IMG/VR virus record: IMGVR_UViG_3300009082_000002
Location: 43,407-107,406 of that record
DNA: 64,000 bases
From: a virus
Reading direction: 5' to 3' (one strand)
In this document: piece by piece, positions 63,620 to 64,000 of the stretch
Layout: each line of letters opens with the position of its first letter
Position numbering within the stretch: position 1 is the stretch's first letter
Notes under the pieces: generated by a model
The model's database searches: none
Told to the model about the DNA's origin: nothing
Seen by the model: the letters and a program-made list of their open reading frames with translations, nothing else
Position numbers and translations under genes: made by a program

Positions 63620-64000
63620 CAAGGACGACGGGATATAGTAGTGGACCCGATCACGCTCACGCTGAACCAGAACTGCACGGGAAGCGCGAGCGGCAGGACG
63701 TGTGAATGACCCGACTCGCTCGACGGCGTTCAGCCGTGTCTGGTAAAGACCGCGGCCCAGAAAGGCGGAAGCCTTCTCGCAGCGTCCAGGGCCAAGGCTC
63801 GACCGTGCAGGGCTCGGATGAGTCGCCGTCTTCTGCTAGTGGCCCCGGGGGCGTTCTCCCCCACGCCCCCGGGGCCACCCCGCCGCAACTCGCCCACCAC
63901 ACACACCGCAAGCTCATTGCCGAGCTTGCGCGCCTGTCTGACCGCCCGCTTGACCTGCTGCTCGAAGCACTGAAGCTCGACGCGAGCGAGCGCGCCGCGG

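Noticed and set aside
1-64000. Genome-wide TAG recoding, since many genes end in TAG and several are followed in frame by the next gene (1873, 6207, 10717, 14693, 18001, 33162, 37678, 48266, 55469)
   Set aside because: More TAG-ending genes are followed out of frame, downstream genes mostly have their own SD, and conserved proteins are full length under code 11; the in-frame fraction looks close to chance

Overview
The whole window reads as part of a high-GC, contractile-tailed (myovirus-like) dsDNA phage or prophage, with almost every gene on the + strand. From 1 to 14 kb it carries early/accessory genes: a beta sliding clamp, three stand-alone methyltransferase-fold genes, HTH and Zn-finger proteins and an HNH nuclease. 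Two of these cassettes start from near-identical ~85 bp sigma70 promoter/leader repeats. The head module (14.7-30.2 kb) comprises TerL, portal, a MuF fusion, a giant protease polyprotein, a scaffold and an HK97-type capsid. It is followed by head accessory genes and a GT4 glycosyltransferase (30-38 kb), then neck, sheath, tube, a -1 frameshifted chaperone, tape measure, baseplate and fibre (38-60 kb). The end holds membrane genes, a stand-alone NrdD glycyl-radical domain and an SF2 helicase. The main observation is a 1762-aa ORF at the prohead-protease position. It strings together His-rich/ASCH-like, Dam MTase, nucleotidyltransferase-like, second Dam MTase, ATP-dependent ligase, LigD-phosphoesterase-like and XkdF-type protease domains. 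Nearly every domain junction carries the [IVT]-x-K|[ASG] motif also seen in the scaffold and capsid. This suggests a self-processed, capsid-packaged DNA protection/repair kit. The adjacent MuF protein carries kinase and ART-like effector domains and is followed by candidate immunity genes. All family calls come from motif recognition by eye; no searches were run.
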